From an uncultured virus (IMG/VR IMGVR_UViG_3300013297_000003) (lineage: Duplodnaviria > Heunggongvirae > Uroviricota > Caudoviricetes): a stretch of DNA of 64,000 nt. Below are positions 26,090 to 36,857 of this stretch, one piece after another. Every line of letters starts with the position of its first letter. Within the stretch, counting starts at the first letter, position 1. The position numbers and the translations under genes are program-made. The stretch lies in the IMG/VR virus record IMGVR_UViG_3300013297_000003, one strand, 5' to 3'. The notes beneath the pieces were generated by a model, which was not told the DNA's origin, did no database searches, and saw only the letters and a list, made by a program, of their open reading frames with translations.

Positions 26090-29000
26090 ATGCTAATCCC
26101 CATCCTCCCTGACGCCTCCGCCACCGTGCGCGGCGCTGTTTCGACAGGCACCCAGACCTTCGCCGGGGCCAAGACGTTCAGCAGCGCGCCCACGTTTTCG
26201 ACGATGACGCAGGGTTCTATCCTGTTCGCGGGCAGCGGCGGGCTGGTCAGCCAGAACAACGCCGCATTGTTCTGGGGCAACGCCACGGGCAGCCTGGGCA
26301 TCGGCACCGCGTTGCCCACTTGCCAGCTTCATGTTGCGGGCACCTACACGACCGCCAATGCCAACAAGTTCGGCGTCACCGGCACGATTGCGTCCTCGAA
26401 CACGGGGTCCATCGCTGGACTGCAAAACCAGGTGACGGTTGTCCCCACGGGAGCTTCGCTGAGCGTGGCGTATGGCATGATCAACATTGCCACGCTCAAC
26501 ACGTCGGCGTTGACTGTCCCCTCTGTTTACGGGGTCTTTTCCCGCGTTGACACCGCTTCAGGGTTCACCGGCACGATCACGAATGCCGACGCCTACCAAG
26601 CCTCCAACCCGTCGCTTGCCGGCACCAACCCGCTGACCAACTACAATGCTTTTCACGCCAGCGCCGCGACCAACGGCAACGGCATCACGACGGGCACGGT
26701 GACCAACACGGGACTCTTGGTCAACCCATTCACAGCCGCCGCAGCTTCAGGCGGCATCATCAACAACTACGGCGTCCAATCCAGCGTGCCTACCGGCTCC
26801 GGCGCAGGCACGACCAGCAACTACGGAGTGCGCATCACCGGCGCGGGCGGCTCTGGAGGCTTGGGAACGACGAACAATTGGGCGCTCTACTCGGACAGCA
26901 CGGTCAGTTCCTACTTCGCCGGCAATGTTCAGTTGGGCACAACATCGGCGTCCGTGAACACGGACACGGCAGACCTGTACATCTTTAAGCGGCAGTCGCT
27001 CAACACGTTCACCGACCGCCTGCTTTCCATGGACGTGGAGTACGACGGTGCCTCCGTGCAGACCAACGGCGGCTTCAGGCCCGTCATGTTGACCTGCAAA
27101 TACTTGGCCACGGACACCATCGACCCGTTCACGCAGACCTACGTTGGATTTTCGAGCAGCACGACCTACGGCCAGCAAAGTCCTCCGATAGCGGCAAAGG
27201 GGACTATGCTTGGCATCGTGTCCAGCATCCAAATAAACAACTCTTCCAACTACGAGGACGAACACGCTGCCTACTTTGGATTCCTGCGTTACGACAACAA
27301 CAACAATGCTTTCGGCAACACCACGCCGGGACGCGCGTGGCTCATGGACAGCACGATCCTTGGCGCTGTCAACCAGCAGCAGGGGTCGCTGGGTGGCTGG
27401 CACATCTTCCTGCGCAATTATTACAATGGGCCGTCCAGAGATGCGGTGTCGGGAGCTTACTGGGCGATCACCGGCTACAACGGCGGCGCAACGCAGACGG
27501 CCTACCACACCGCAGCTCCTTCCTATTCGCTCGGAGTTGGGTTCGGCGTCGTCGGCAACAGTTCGGGCGGCTCGACGCGCGGCTACGAGCTGGGCGTGCA
27601 GATCGGCGGCTCAGGAAGCAACTGGAATCAGGCGTTTTCGCACATCGGCACGGGAATCGATTGCCAGGACTGCGACACGGCTGCCCTCTGGGTGCGCAAT
27701 CGTTACGGCGGCATCACCGCCCTGTACGTCGCCAACGGCGGCAGCCTCTACACCGTAGAGCCGAACGTAACCGCGTCAGCTGCTCCGTCAGGCGGGCTGA
27801 CTCCGAACTTCACCGCGACGTTGACGGCGACCACCGTGGCGTCAGCGTCCGTGACGATCAACGGCTCAGGCTACACCAGCATCCCAGCGGTCACGGTCGA
27901 TCCGCCCACTCCTTCAGGAACCACGGCGACCATCACGGCCAAGATGGGCGTCAACGTCGCGCCGGCAGTGGCGGCGGGCGGCTCAGGCTACACGGTCAGC
28001 GACGTATTGACGGCCACGGGCGGCACGTTCTCCGTGGCGGCCCAATTCACCGTCACGTCGGCACCGGGCGGCATCGTCGCCACCGTCAGCTTGCTTACGG
28101 CGGGCAGCTACAGCGTGCTGCCGACCAATCCGGTGTCCGTGACCGGAGGCACCGGCACGCTCGCGACTTTCACGATCAGCAATTGGAAGGTAGTATCGCT
28201 CACGGTCGGCGGCGCTGGATCGGGTTACACGACCAGGCCGACCATCGCCATTGATGCGCCAGCGTCGGGAGTGGATGCCACCGGCAAGACGCTGCTCACC
28301 GGCACCTCGCTGGCGTCCGTTCGCTGTAATTGTCCGGGGAAGGGATACGTATCACCGCCGACCATCTCCGTCGCCAGGAACTCTGACGACTCGACCGGGA
28401 CTGGCGCTACCGTGGTAGCTCCCATCTTAACGTCCGGCGTCGTTGCCGATGCCAAGGTGACGGTTTCGGGAACGCTGTACTCGTCAGCCGTTCCTCCCGT
28501 GGTCACCGTTTCGGGCGGCCAGGGTTCCGGCTGCACGCTAACGCTGGTCACGTCTGGCGGAGTCATCACGTCGGCGACGGTTGCGGCTGGAGGCACGGGA
28601 TACCCGATCAGTACCACGGTGTACCTGAGCGTGGCCACGGGAGTCGGCGGCATCGTTTCTGTGCCGACGGATGCCAACGGCACTTGCTCTGGAACAGTGA
28701 TTGTGCTCAACGGCGGCACGTCCGGCTACGTCAACGGCACTAATGCCACGACGAACTGGAAGACCGCCGCCATGACGGCAGTGATCAACACGGTCGGAGC
28801 GATCACCGGGTTCTTTGTAACCGACATGGGAGCGGGGTACTCGTCTCCGCCGACGCTTTCTGTAGCAGCCCCGGCCACCTCCACCGCGACGGGATACACA
28901 ACGGTTCTCGCCGGTGGAGTGACGGCCATAACCGTCTCGGCATCGGGCAACGGTTACTACTCAGGCGCGCCTGCCATCACGTTCGACAACACGGGTGCTG

Positions 29001-29608
29001 GAGGTACTGGAGCAAGCGCCACCGCGCACGTACTCTACGGGCAAGTTTACCGCGTTGAAATCACCGACGACGGAGATGGTGCCTATGTCCGCACTGGAGA
29101 TGATGGTACGGGCGGCACGGTCCTGATCACTGTGTCTGCCGGGGCAGTCGCCACGGCCTCGGTTGCAGCAGCGGGCAGCGGCTACCCGATCAGCACGTTG
29201 ATCAGGCTCTATGTCAACAGCGGTGACTTCAAGGGCGTCATCTCGCTGACCACCAACGGCAGCGGCCAGCTTGCCGGAGCGGTTACCGTCGTCAACGGTG
29301 GTAGTGGCTATGCGGCAGGAACCTTTGGCGTCGGTAACGTGCCGCGCGTAACCTTTGCGTCACCAGCCGCAGGCACGACCGGAGCTGGAGCGGCTACGCT
29401 AGGCGGCTACTCCATCTACATTGATCCGCTCGCCGGGGCTGCCGTCATCGACTCCATCGATGGCATGGCGGCGAACAACAACAGGACCACGGCGAGTCAC
29501 ACAGTCCCGGCTTATTACACGTCGGTCCAAGAGGGGATGCCTTACCGCATCAACGCCGGGCTGGTCATCACAGTCCAGGCAAACGCCTTGTTGAGGGTAA
29601 AACCATAA
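26090..29608 (+). CDS. large fibre/appendage protein with GSGY repeats
   Basis: G.QTFAGAKTF, LGIGT..P...LHV, and more than 8 G[STAK]GY..P.[VI] repeats; Gly/Thr/Ala-rich. Confidence 0.75.
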   Translation: MLIPILPDASATVRGAVSTGTQTFAGAKTFSSAPTFSTMTQGSILFAGSGGLVSQNNAALFWGNATGSLGIGTALPTCQLHVAGTYTTANANKFGVTGTIASSNTGSIAGLQNQVTVVPTGASLSVAYGMINIATLNTSALTVPSVYGVFSRVDTASGFTGTITNADAYQASNPSLAGTNPLTNYNAFHASAATNGNGITTGTVTNTGLLVNPFTAAAASGGIINNYGVQSSVPTGSGAGTTSNYGVRITGAGGSGGLGTTNNWALYSDSTVSSYFAGNVQLGTTSASVNTDTADLYIFKRQSLNTFTDRLLSMDVEYDGASVQTNGGFRPVMLTCKYLATDTIDPFTQTYVGFSSSTTYGQQSPPIAAKGTMLGIVSSIQINNSSNYEDEHAAYFGFLRYDNNNNAFGNTTPGRAWLMDSTILGAVNQQQGSLGGWHIFLRNYYNGPSRDAVSGAYWAITGYNGGATQTAYHTAAPSYSLGVGFGVVGNSSGGSTRGYELGVQIGGSGSNWNQAFSHIGTGIDCQDCDTAALWVRNRYGGITALYVANGGSLYTVEPNVTASAAPSGGLTPNFTATLTATTVASASVTINGSGYTSIPAVTVDPPTPSGTTATITAKMGVNVAPAVAAGGSGYTVSDVLTATGGTFSVAAQFTVTSAPGGIVATVSLLTAGSYSVLPTNPVSVTGGTGTLATFTISNWKVVSLTVGGAGSGYTTRPTIAIDAPASGVDATGKTLLTGTSLASVRCNCPGKGYVSPPTISVARNSDDSTGTGATVVAPILTSGVVADAKVTVSGTLYSSAVPPVVTVSGGQGSGCTLTLVTSGGVITSATVAAGGTGYPISTTVYLSVATGVGGIVSVPTDANGTCSGTVIVLNGGTSGYVNGTNATTNWKTAAMTAVINTVGAITGFFVTDMGAGYSSPPTLSVAAPATSTATGYTTVLAGGVTAITVSASGNGYYSGAPAITFDNTGAGGTGASATAHVLYGQVYRVEITDDGDGAYVRTGDDGTGGTVLITVSAGAVATASVAAAGSGYPISTLIRLYVNSGDFKGVISLTTNGSGQLAGAVTVVNGGSGYAAGTFGVGNVPRVTFASPAAGTTGAGAATLGGYSIYIDPLAGAAVIDSIDGMAANNNRTTASHTVPAYYTSVQEGMPYRINAGLVITVQANALLRVKP

Positions 29609-30249
29609 TGGCGATTGAACTACAATCTGAAACTGCTCCGGCAACCCCGGCGACTGGCTACGGACGCGTGTTCTATGACGCCTTGAAGCGGCTCAAGTCC
29701 CTGGACGAGTTCGGACTGAACACCGCCATTCCCAGCGTCATGGGAACCACGATTACTTCCGTGTCCAGCACGACCACGGCGGAAACCAAGTCGCTCATCG
29801 GCACGATCACCGGGACGTTCACGGTGCCGGCCAACCACATGATCATTGGCCAGACGCTGCGGTTCAGGGCACGCGGCGTCATCACGACCGGCATCACGGC
29901 CAGCACGATCACTTGGTTTCTCAAATACGCCGGCACGACCATTGCCAGCACCGGGGCGCTTGCGCCGACGGTCAGCCAAAGCAATATGTACTGGGAAGCG
30001 GAGGCAGAAATCACGTGCCGGACCGTCGGTGCGTCCGGCACGTTCATGGTGCAGGGCAAGTTGAACATCCAGATGGCCGCCGCTCCGTCAGCCGGGCAGC
30101 GCTGGCCGATTCGTGGCAACTCCGCTGACCCGCCCGCTGTTGTCACGGTGGACACGACGGCGAGCAGCCTAGTTGACTTCCAAACGACGACCGGCAACAA
30201 CTTGCACACCATCACCTGCAATATGGCTGTGTTGGAGATACTCAACTAG
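29608..30249 (+). CDS. fibre-associated beta-sandwich protein
   Basis: PATPATGYGRVFYD N-terminus; Thr-rich; TAATG coupling. Confidence 0.6.
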   Translation: MAIELQSETAPATPATGYGRVFYDALKRLKSLDEFGLNTAIPSVMGTTITSVSSTTTAETKSLIGTITGTFTVPANHMIIGQTLRFRARGVITTGITASTITWFLKYAGTTIASTGALAPTVSQSNMYWEAEAEITCRTVGASGTFMVQGKLNIQMAAAPSAGQRWPIRGNSADPPAVVTVDTTASSLVDFQTTTGNNLHTITCNMAVLEILN

Positions 30250-30257
30250 GAGGCTTT

Positions 30258-30488
30258 GTGGACGCTGTAGTAGAAAGAAACGGACTGCCCATCACCGACC
30301 CCGTGCCGGTCATTACCCCCGACCAGGCCCGAACCGTCATCGAGCAAGAACGGCAGGCTCGGCAAAAGGCTATTGAGCAGAAGTTCAACAACTTTTGCAA
30401 AGATAACAAGTGTCAGGTTGGCTTTGTCGGCTTGCTGTTCCAAGAGGGGCGATTCATTCCGCAGTGGCAGCTAGTCTTGACTGACTAG
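30258..30488 (+). CDS. small hypothetical protein (possible fibre chaperone)
   Basis: GGAGG RBS, short coiled-coil. Confidence 0.5.
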   Translation: MDAVVERNGLPITDPVPVITPDQARTVIEQERQARQKAIEQKFNNFCKDNKCQVGFVGLLFQEGRFIPQWQLVLTD

Positions 30489-30497
30489 GAGTTTCCC

Positions 30498-31196
30498 TTG
30501 GCCGGCGAAATCCAACTTGCTCATTCTTCCACAGCGGTAACGCTCTACGCCATAGCGCGCAGCAGCGTCGGAACCGTCGTCAAGACGAGCGATGGAACAC
30601 TGGTCAGCTATGTCACGGCGAACCTGGCAAACTATACCATCTCGATCACCGAGCAAGGCACGGCGTCTCGCTACTACGCCGGGGCCATGCCCGCGAGTGT
30701 GGCAGCCGGTGTCTATGGCGTCACGATCTACCAGCAGGCTGGCGGCTCACCGGCAGAAGGTGATCCGGTAGCAGGGGCGGGGAATATCGAATGGGACGGC
30801 ACAGCGGCTGTTTCGCTCTATAGCCGACTGGCTCCGACGACGGCGGGACGCATGTTGGACGTGTCTACAGGCGGCGAGGCGGGTATCGATTGGGCGAACG
30901 TGGGGACGCCAGGAAGTACCGTTAGTCTGTCGGCGACGACCGTTGCCACGGTTACGACCACAGGCACGGCCACGAATGTCACCAATGTCCCCTCCGCAGC
31001 AATGACCGAATCCTATGCCACTGACGGATCGACTATGACTATGGCCCAGGCCCTCTATATGATCTGGTCGCTCTTGGCCGAGCGCAGCATCAGCGGCACA
31101 ACACTCACTGCCAAGAAGATTGACGGGTCCACGACAAGCATGGCCTTCACACTTGATTCGGCATCGGCACCGACCTCGCAGACGAGGGCAACATGA
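30498..31196 (+). CDS. virion structural protein
   Basis: TTG start with GGAG; ends FTLDSASAPTSQTRAT. Confidence 0.6.
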   Translation: MAGEIQLAHSSTAVTLYAIARSSVGTVVKTSDGTLVSYVTANLANYTISITEQGTASRYYAGAMPASVAAGVYGVTIYQQAGGSPAEGDPVAGAGNIEWDGTAAVSLYSRLAPTTAGRMLDVSTGGEAGIDWANVGTPGSTVSLSATTVATVTTTGTATNVTNVPSAAMTESYATDGSTMTMAQALYMIWSLLAERSISGTTLTAKKIDGSTTSMAFTLDSASAPTSQTRAT

Positions 31197-32851
31197 GCGT
31201 TGCCAAGGTCATTACACTTGGACTTGGCGACTTCAATGACCCGGAGCGACTTGAGCTTTTGGGCTTTGGGCCGCAGGTTGCCTTCGACGCTGCCTCCAAT
31301 TCTGGCTATCAAACCGCCCAATCTACTTATTCGTGGAGCCACACCTGCACAGGCAACTATCGTTTTCTGGCAGTGGATATAGCAGTCTTGTCTGTGCCAG
31401 GCACCACAGTTACAGGAATTACTTATAATGGCGTGCCCTTAGTCTTTATTGGGGCTAGATCGACGATTTCGGGGGCTGGACGCATCGAGTGTTGGGGGCT
31501 GGCCAATCCTGCCAGCGGCTCTCACACAATCGCTGTCACACTTTCAGCGTCAGTGGCCAGCACCGGCCTCGCTGTCTCTTATGTCGGTGTCCAACAAACA
31601 ACTGCAACAGAGGCGTTTAATAGCGCGCAGGCAACCAATGTTGGCGCGGCGGATGCAACCGTCGCTGTCACGTCCATTGCCGACCAGGATTGGGTCCATG
31701 GAGCTGTTGCCACGGACGACACCGCCATCACCGCCAATCAAACCAGCCGCAACAACGTCTCTGGCATCGGCGGCTCCGGCGCTGATGAAGATACTGGACC
31801 TAAAACTCCAGCCGGCGCTGTCACAGTCTCTTATACGAACGTCGGGGCGCTGGCAACGTGGGCCATTGGCGGATATGGCATAAGGCCGCTCAGTGCTCCT
31901 AACGATCAGGGCAGCGGCTCAGTTTCGTTTAGCTTTACCGCTGCTGCTGCTGGGGTTGCCGATGTAATAGGTTCTGGCGCAGCCTCGGTAAGTTTTACGG
32001 CGTCGGCAGTGGGCAAAGATGACGCTATCGGCAGTGGAGCCAGCACCGTTACCTTTACCGCCGCTGGCGGTGGTCGCGCCGATGCCGTTGGGTCAGGTGC
32101 ATCGTCGGTCAGCTTCACGGCCACTGCTGTTGGCGCGGCCAACGCTATCGGTTCGGGCGCGGCCACGGCATCGTTTACCGCCAGCGCTATCGGCAAGGCC
32201 GACTCCGTAGGAAGCGGGGCCGTATCGTTCATCATCTCGGCTGGTGGCTCTGGAATCTCGGATGAGATCGGCAGCGGTTCTGCTTCCGTTAGCTTCGCGG
32301 TCTCCGGCGCTGGCGTGGTCGATGCCGTCGGGTCCGGGGCGTCAATAGTTACGTTTACCGCCAGCGCCGTTGGGGCTGCCACTGCGGTTGGCTCCGGTTC
32401 GTCTTCGTTCAGTTTCACGGCAGACGGCGCTGGCATCAGTACGGGCGGAGACACTACATCGGGAGCGGCAGAGTTTTCTTTCACCGCAGCGGCAGTAGGC
32501 GCGGCAGACGCGATAGGCAGTGGTTTAGCGCCATTTTCCATCACGGCAGGTGGCAGCGGCACAATCAGCGCCATTGGCAGCGGAGCGGTAAACTTTAGCT
32601 TCTCTGCGCAGGGAGCAGGTGCCAGCGACATTGTGGTTATTGCCGAGCCGGAAGGAGGCTCTGGGCGCTTTAGCAGCTACTTCTTGCCAGCAGGCAGGAA
32701 GGCGAGCGATTATGCCATAAAGCCGCCTGTCCTCGTGGTGGAAGACAAGATTGACAAAAAGGCCAGAGAATTGGTCAAGGCGGCTCTCAAAAAGAAGCGT
32801 GTGTCCTTCCTTGGCCTGGACGACGATTTTGAACTACTCAGGAAACACTGA
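31193..32851 (+). CDS. fibre/shaft protein with twelve 20-aa GSG repeats
   Basis: GSG(A/S)xxxxF(T/S)AxAxGxxDA(I/V) period 20 at about 31909-32620; charged C-terminus DDDFELL. Confidence 0.7.
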   Translation: MSVAKVITLGLGDFNDPERLELLGFGPQVAFDAASNSGYQTAQSTYSWSHTCTGNYRFLAVDIAVLSVPGTTVTGITYNGVPLVFIGARSTISGAGRIECWGLANPASGSHTIAVTLSASVASTGLAVSYVGVQQTTATEAFNSAQATNVGAADATVAVTSIADQDWVHGAVATDDTAITANQTSRNNVSGIGGSGADEDTGPKTPAGAVTVSYTNVGALATWAIGGYGIRPLSAPNDQGSGSVSFSFTAAAAGVADVIGSGAASVSFTASAVGKDDAIGSGASTVTFTAAGGGRADAVGSGASSVSFTATAVGAANAIGSGAATASFTASAIGKADSVGSGAVSFIISAGGSGISDEIGSGSASVSFAVSGAGVVDAVGSGASIVTFTASAVGAATAVGSGSSSFSFTADGAGISTGGDTTSGAAEFSFTAAAVGAADAIGSGLAPFSITAGGSGTISAIGSGAVNFSFSAQGAGASDIVVIAEPEGGSGRFSSYFLPAGRKASDYAIKPPVLVVEDKIDKKARELVKAALKKKRVSFLGLDDDFELLRKH

Positions 32852-33585
32852 TGGGCCTGTTTAACTACCTTGGCAAAATCTTCGGCAAGGCCAAGGTGCG
32901 CAATGTTGGCAGTTTTCACGGCGAAGACGAGCCATTTGGCAAGTACGCCAGCCCTGGTAAGAGCGCCAAAGACAAGCGTGAGGCCAAGGAGGCCATGCGC
33001 CGCCTGGAGGAATACTTCCCCGGCGTCACCGAGGCCAAACGGGCTGCTCAAGAGGAAAGAGGTAAATCCGAACTCAATGAAGTCGAGGAAGATGAATTTG
33101 CCCGCCTCATGGAGGAGGAAGCTGAAAAGAAGCTCCAGGGCCGGGAGAGCGGCGAAGACCGCTTTATCTACGACGCCGAGCCGCTCTTTACAAACAACAG
33201 CGAGCACGTCGAGTGGATGCAGTACATTAACACCGAAGAAATCCTCTACATCGCCTACCACACCAACGGCTCAATTTACAAATACAGCCCCATCAGCGAA
33301 CAAGAAGCCCGGCTGTACTACTCTCTTCTAGGATCGGGCGACACCCCCACCCTGGGCACCACGGTGGTGTGGCAATACCTCCGTAGACGCGGCACCGCCT
33401 TTGGCCACCAGAAAGACTACAACCTCGTCTCTGGCACCGGGCCAAAGCCGAAATATCAAAGCCAGCCGCACTGGGAAGCCGAGCATGGAGCCATCCCGGA
33501 GTCGGGTGTGCCACCGGAAAGCTGGATTGCTGGCGAAGGCCCCTACGGCGAAGATGTGACGCCCTTTAAGCCGCACTGGTACTAA
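32851..33585 (+). CDS. KTSC-like domain protein
   Basis: SEHVEWMQY...EILYIAYH.NGSIYKY resembles the KTSC S.I....Y.....L.V.F..G..Y.Y pattern. Confidence 0.55.
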   Translation: MGLFNYLGKIFGKAKVRNVGSFHGEDEPFGKYASPGKSAKDKREAKEAMRRLEEYFPGVTEAKRAAQEERGKSELNEVEEDEFARLMEEEAEKKLQGRESGEDRFIYDAEPLFTNNSEHVEWMQYINTEEILYIAYHTNGSIYKYSPISEQEARLYYSLLGSGDTPTLGTTVVWQYLRRRGTAFGHQKDYNLVSGTGPKPKYQSQPHWEAEHGAIPESGVPPESWIAGEGPYGEDVTPFKPHWY

Positions 33586-33787
33586 AAGGCTGCCGCCCAC
33601 CTGTCAAGCCGTTGGTTCGCAGACGGCAGCCCATCTACCCGTACCAGAGTCACTTTACGTTCCAATTTGCCGTCGGCAAGACACTTCTCGCAAAATCTCC
33701 ACTTGGGCAAAGGGGCTGGCTGGCCTGATCCGCAAGCCACGAAGGCGATCCATCCATCGCCTTCCCCTTTTCCTTTTCTGAGGAACC

Positions 33788-35047
33788 ATGGACTCAGCCA
33801 CCAAAAGCGTGCAGGCCATCCTGGGCGGTCTGGAATACGACTGCTTCCGGGATTTAGTTGTGTTCGATGAGCACGACGAGACCAATGCCGATGGCAAGGT
33901 GGTCAGGAAGTTTGACAAAGACCGCCTGCAAAAGATCGTCGATGTCTGCAATCAAAGGTTCCAGAAAGACGGCTCCCCCGCTCTCATCGGCCCAGGCCAC
34001 ACTCTTCTCGCTAAAGACGCTAAAGAAAGTGACCAACCAGCCATTTGGGGCCTGGCCACCGACTTTCGTGTAGGTGAGTTTGGCCCATCTCAAAAGACCG
34101 GCATCTTGGCCACGTTCTACATGAAGCGGGCCATCGACACCACCGACGAACGCGGCAATCCCAAAGTCATCAGCGGCCATCAGGCCCTCAAAGAATACCC
34201 ACGTCCCTCCATCGAGCTTTGGCACAAGGAAAACTTGATAGACTGGATCGCTCTGGGACGCAGGCGTCCCGAACGGGACTTGGGCTTACTCATGTGTTCT
34301 AAGGACGCCTCCGGCAAAATTTGCTATCAGAAAGCAACCGACGATAAGTTGCTGTACACCATGGACCCGGAGGAGTCTCCGAGCATCGACAAGCCGGCGC
34401 TGGCCGACACCGATACGGAGAACGAGTTCAACCCCGAAGAGGTCAAGCAGTACGAACGGGCTTGGAAGTATTTCTGCAAGTCCAAAGGCATGAGCCAGTA
34501 TTCGAGTGCTTGTATGTCCACAACCAATACTGCCCTACCGGGCGGCAACAAAGAGGTGAAGCAGATGTCCGCCACTCCTGAAGAAGTCCTTCAGTACCAA
34601 AAAGAACGCGATGAGGCCAAAGCGGAATCTGCCAAGCTCAAAGCTGAGGTGGACACCCTCAAGGCCGACAAAGCCGAAACCGAGCGCGTAGCCCAATACG
34701 CCAAGCGCCTGGCTGAAATCGGCGTCACCAAAGACATCAACGAGGCCGAGGAATTGGCCTTCTGCGTGGGGGCCTTCAAGGAGGTCTCCCAGTTCCAGAA
34801 GTACGCCGAGCGGCTCGACAAGAACAGCAAGGGCAAAAACGAGCCGCCCATTGGCGGAACCATGGTCAAGACCGCCGTGGGCAAGGAAGAAACCATCGAC
34901 TCCAACATGGACAAGGCCGAACAGGTCGTGCAGTACATGAAGCGCCACGAAGGCGACCCGGAGTTCGCCGGCCTGGGCAGCGGCCCCAACGCCGCCATCC
35001 TGCGTTACAACAAAGCCCTGGCTGACGTGAATCAAGGCAAAATCTAA
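33788..35047 (+). CDS. prohead protease-scaffold (Mu gpI-like)
   Basis: IGPGHT, YPRPSIEL, IALG...P; coiled-coil C-terminus; precedes capsid genes. Confidence 0.7.
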   Translation: MDSATKSVQAILGGLEYDCFRDLVVFDEHDETNADGKVVRKFDKDRLQKIVDVCNQRFQKDGSPALIGPGHTLLAKDAKESDQPAIWGLATDFRVGEFGPSQKTGILATFYMKRAIDTTDERGNPKVISGHQALKEYPRPSIELWHKENLIDWIALGRRRPERDLGLLMCSKDASGKICYQKATDDKLLYTMDPEESPSIDKPALADTDTENEFNPEEVKQYERAWKYFCKSKGMSQYSSACMSTTNTALPGGNKEVKQMSATPEEVLQYQKERDEAKAESAKLKAEVDTLKADKAETERVAQYAKRLAEIGVTKDINEAEELAFCVGAFKEVSQFQKYAERLDKNSKGKNEPPIGGTMVKTAVGKEETIDSNMDKAEQVVQYMKRHEGDPEFAGLGSGPNAAILRYNKALADVNQGKI

Positions 35048-35082
35048 GTCTTTAAGGCCACACCTTTAAGGAGGTCTCTGTC

Positions 35083-35496
35083 ATGGCATACTTGGAATCC
35101 GGCCAGGCTGGCGGCAACATCAAGCCCCACCGCTTCTGCCGCCCCACCACCGCAGGCTCCACCAGCGCCAACGACGGCATCTACGTCCAGTCTTCGACCG
35201 GCGAAAAGTGCTATGGCGTCTCCCGTGAAGGCTCGCGCTATCTTCCCGGCTTCGGCAACCTGGACGACGGCTACATCGCCATCTCCGGCGAGAACATCGC
35301 TCTTTACACCGAAAACGCCATTTGTCTCTTGAAGCTGGGCGGCACGGTCAACGCGGGCGAATATTTGAAGAGCGACTCGGACGGCGCTGGTGTGGCCACC
35401 ACAGCGGAGAACGACGAGATTGGCGCGATTGCTCTGGAATACGGCGTATCGGGTGGCTTGGCCAAAGTACGTGTTGTTACTCAACGTAACGTCTAA
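35083..35496 (+). CDS. capsid cement/decoration protein (DUF2190-like)
   Basis: LGGTVNAGEYLKSDSDG.GV..IGAIALE. Confidence 0.75.
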   Translation: MAYLESGQAGGNIKPHRFCRPTTAGSTSANDGIYVQSSTGEKCYGVSREGSRYLPGFGNLDDGYIAISGENIALYTENAICLLKLGGTVNAGEYLKSDSDGAGVATTAENDEIGAIALEYGVSGGLAKVRVVTQRNV

Positions 35497-35516
35497 CAAA
35501 ATCACTTGAGGGTCAC

Positions 35517-36587
35517 ATGACCGCCAATACGAAGTTCTTTTCCCCGACCAATGCGTACCTGCCGGTCCCGACTTCGCAAGTGATTGCGTACACCAGGCAG
35601 CCGGGCGACTTCGCCCAAAACCGCTATGTCCAGTACGTGGGCCACAGCGCTCCCACGGGACTTTACTGGTCCATGGACCGCGATCAGCCGATCCGCGAGG
35701 TGTCCCTGGCCGACTACGAGTGGGCACCGGGAGCCGACGCCCCCACCGGCCACCACAACCTGTCGCGCTTCACCAGCACCGAGTTTCGCTGCGAGCGTAA
35801 AGCGGTGCCGTTCACCATGGACATCGAAACGGTGGAGCTGGCTCGTAAGCACGGCCAGATCGACCCCATTACCTGGGAGTCCATGCAGACCGCCAGCCAG
35901 CTCATGACGCTCCGTGCCCGCCGCATCTGGGCGCTCCTGGACACCTCCTCGAACTTTCCGACAGTCAACGTCGATACCGCAACGGTTTTTGGCGGCGGCA
36001 AGTGGGACGTGGGCACTTCGCTCCTTCCCTACTTCCAGCAGGGCGTCTTGGAGATGGTTCGCAGGATCAACTTCCAGACCAACGGCGTAGCCCGCCCCGA
36101 AGACTGCATCCTGATTCTCAATCCCATCGACGCCATCAAGATTGGCAAGTCTGCCGAGATGCACGACTACATGAAGGGATCGCCCTTCTCCTACCCGGTG
36201 ATTACTGGTGCCCAGAACCCCATGGGGCCGCACCCCAATTACCTCTGGGGCCTGCCCAGCCATGTGGCCGGCGTGGAAATCTGCGTGGAGAACACCCCTT
36301 ACGTGTCCACCCGCATGATCGAAGATGAGTCGGCGACCGCTGGCACCCGCGCCTATGTGAAGGCCCAGGACTCCGCCACCATGGTCTATCGTCCGGGCGG
36401 CATCAACGGCGTCCCTGGAGCCAAGAGCTTCTCGACCATCCAGATGTACTACTACAAGTACGAGATGGCCGTCATGACCAAGACCGACGACTGGAACCAG
36501 AAGGTTCAAGGTCTGGTCGTGGACTGGAACACTTTCAAGATCGTGGCCGGTCACACTGGGGCGGTGGCTACTGACATAATCACTTAA
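35517..36587 (+). CDS. major capsid protein
   Basis: 356 aa after protease and cement; W..G..P..., strong codon bias, ends GAVATDII. Confidence 0.8.
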   Translation: MTANTKFFSPTNAYLPVPTSQVIAYTRQPGDFAQNRYVQYVGHSAPTGLYWSMDRDQPIREVSLADYEWAPGADAPTGHHNLSRFTSTEFRCERKAVPFTMDIETVELARKHGQIDPITWESMQTASQLMTLRARRIWALLDTSSNFPTVNVDTATVFGGGKWDVGTSLLPYFQQGVLEMVRRINFQTNGVARPEDCILILNPIDAIKIGKSAEMHDYMKGSPFSYPVITGAQNPMGPHPNYLWGLPSHVAGVEICVENTPYVSTRMIEDESATAGTRAYVKAQDSATMVYRPGGINGVPGAKSFSTIQMYYYKYEMAVMTKTDDWNQKVQGLVVDWNTFKIVAGHTGAVATDIIT

Positions 36588-36617
36588 ACTTGAGCCTGCT
36601 TGATCGGTGGAGAGACA

Positions 36618-36857
36618 ATGGCCAAGAAAAACCATGATACGCCCACGGCTTTGGTGGATGTGGCTCCGGCGAAGCCCAAACCCAAGTCGGCGGCGGCTAT
36701 CCTGCAAAACTGCCTGGCGCAACTGGAGAACCATCCCGACGCCAAGCTCTTGGGTGTTAGCCGTGCCGCTCTGCGTGAGCGGGCTTGGTACGATGCGGCA
36801 ATTCGTGATCAAGAAGAAGTCACCATCCGTGTTGCGATCCGGCTGAGGACGGTATGA
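36618..36857 (+). CDS. hypothetical protein
   Basis: GGAG RBS. Confidence 0.5.
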   Translation: MAKKNHDTPTALVDVAPAKPKPKSAAAILQNCLAQLENHPDAKLLGVSRAALRERAWYDAAIRDQEEVTIRVAIRLRTV

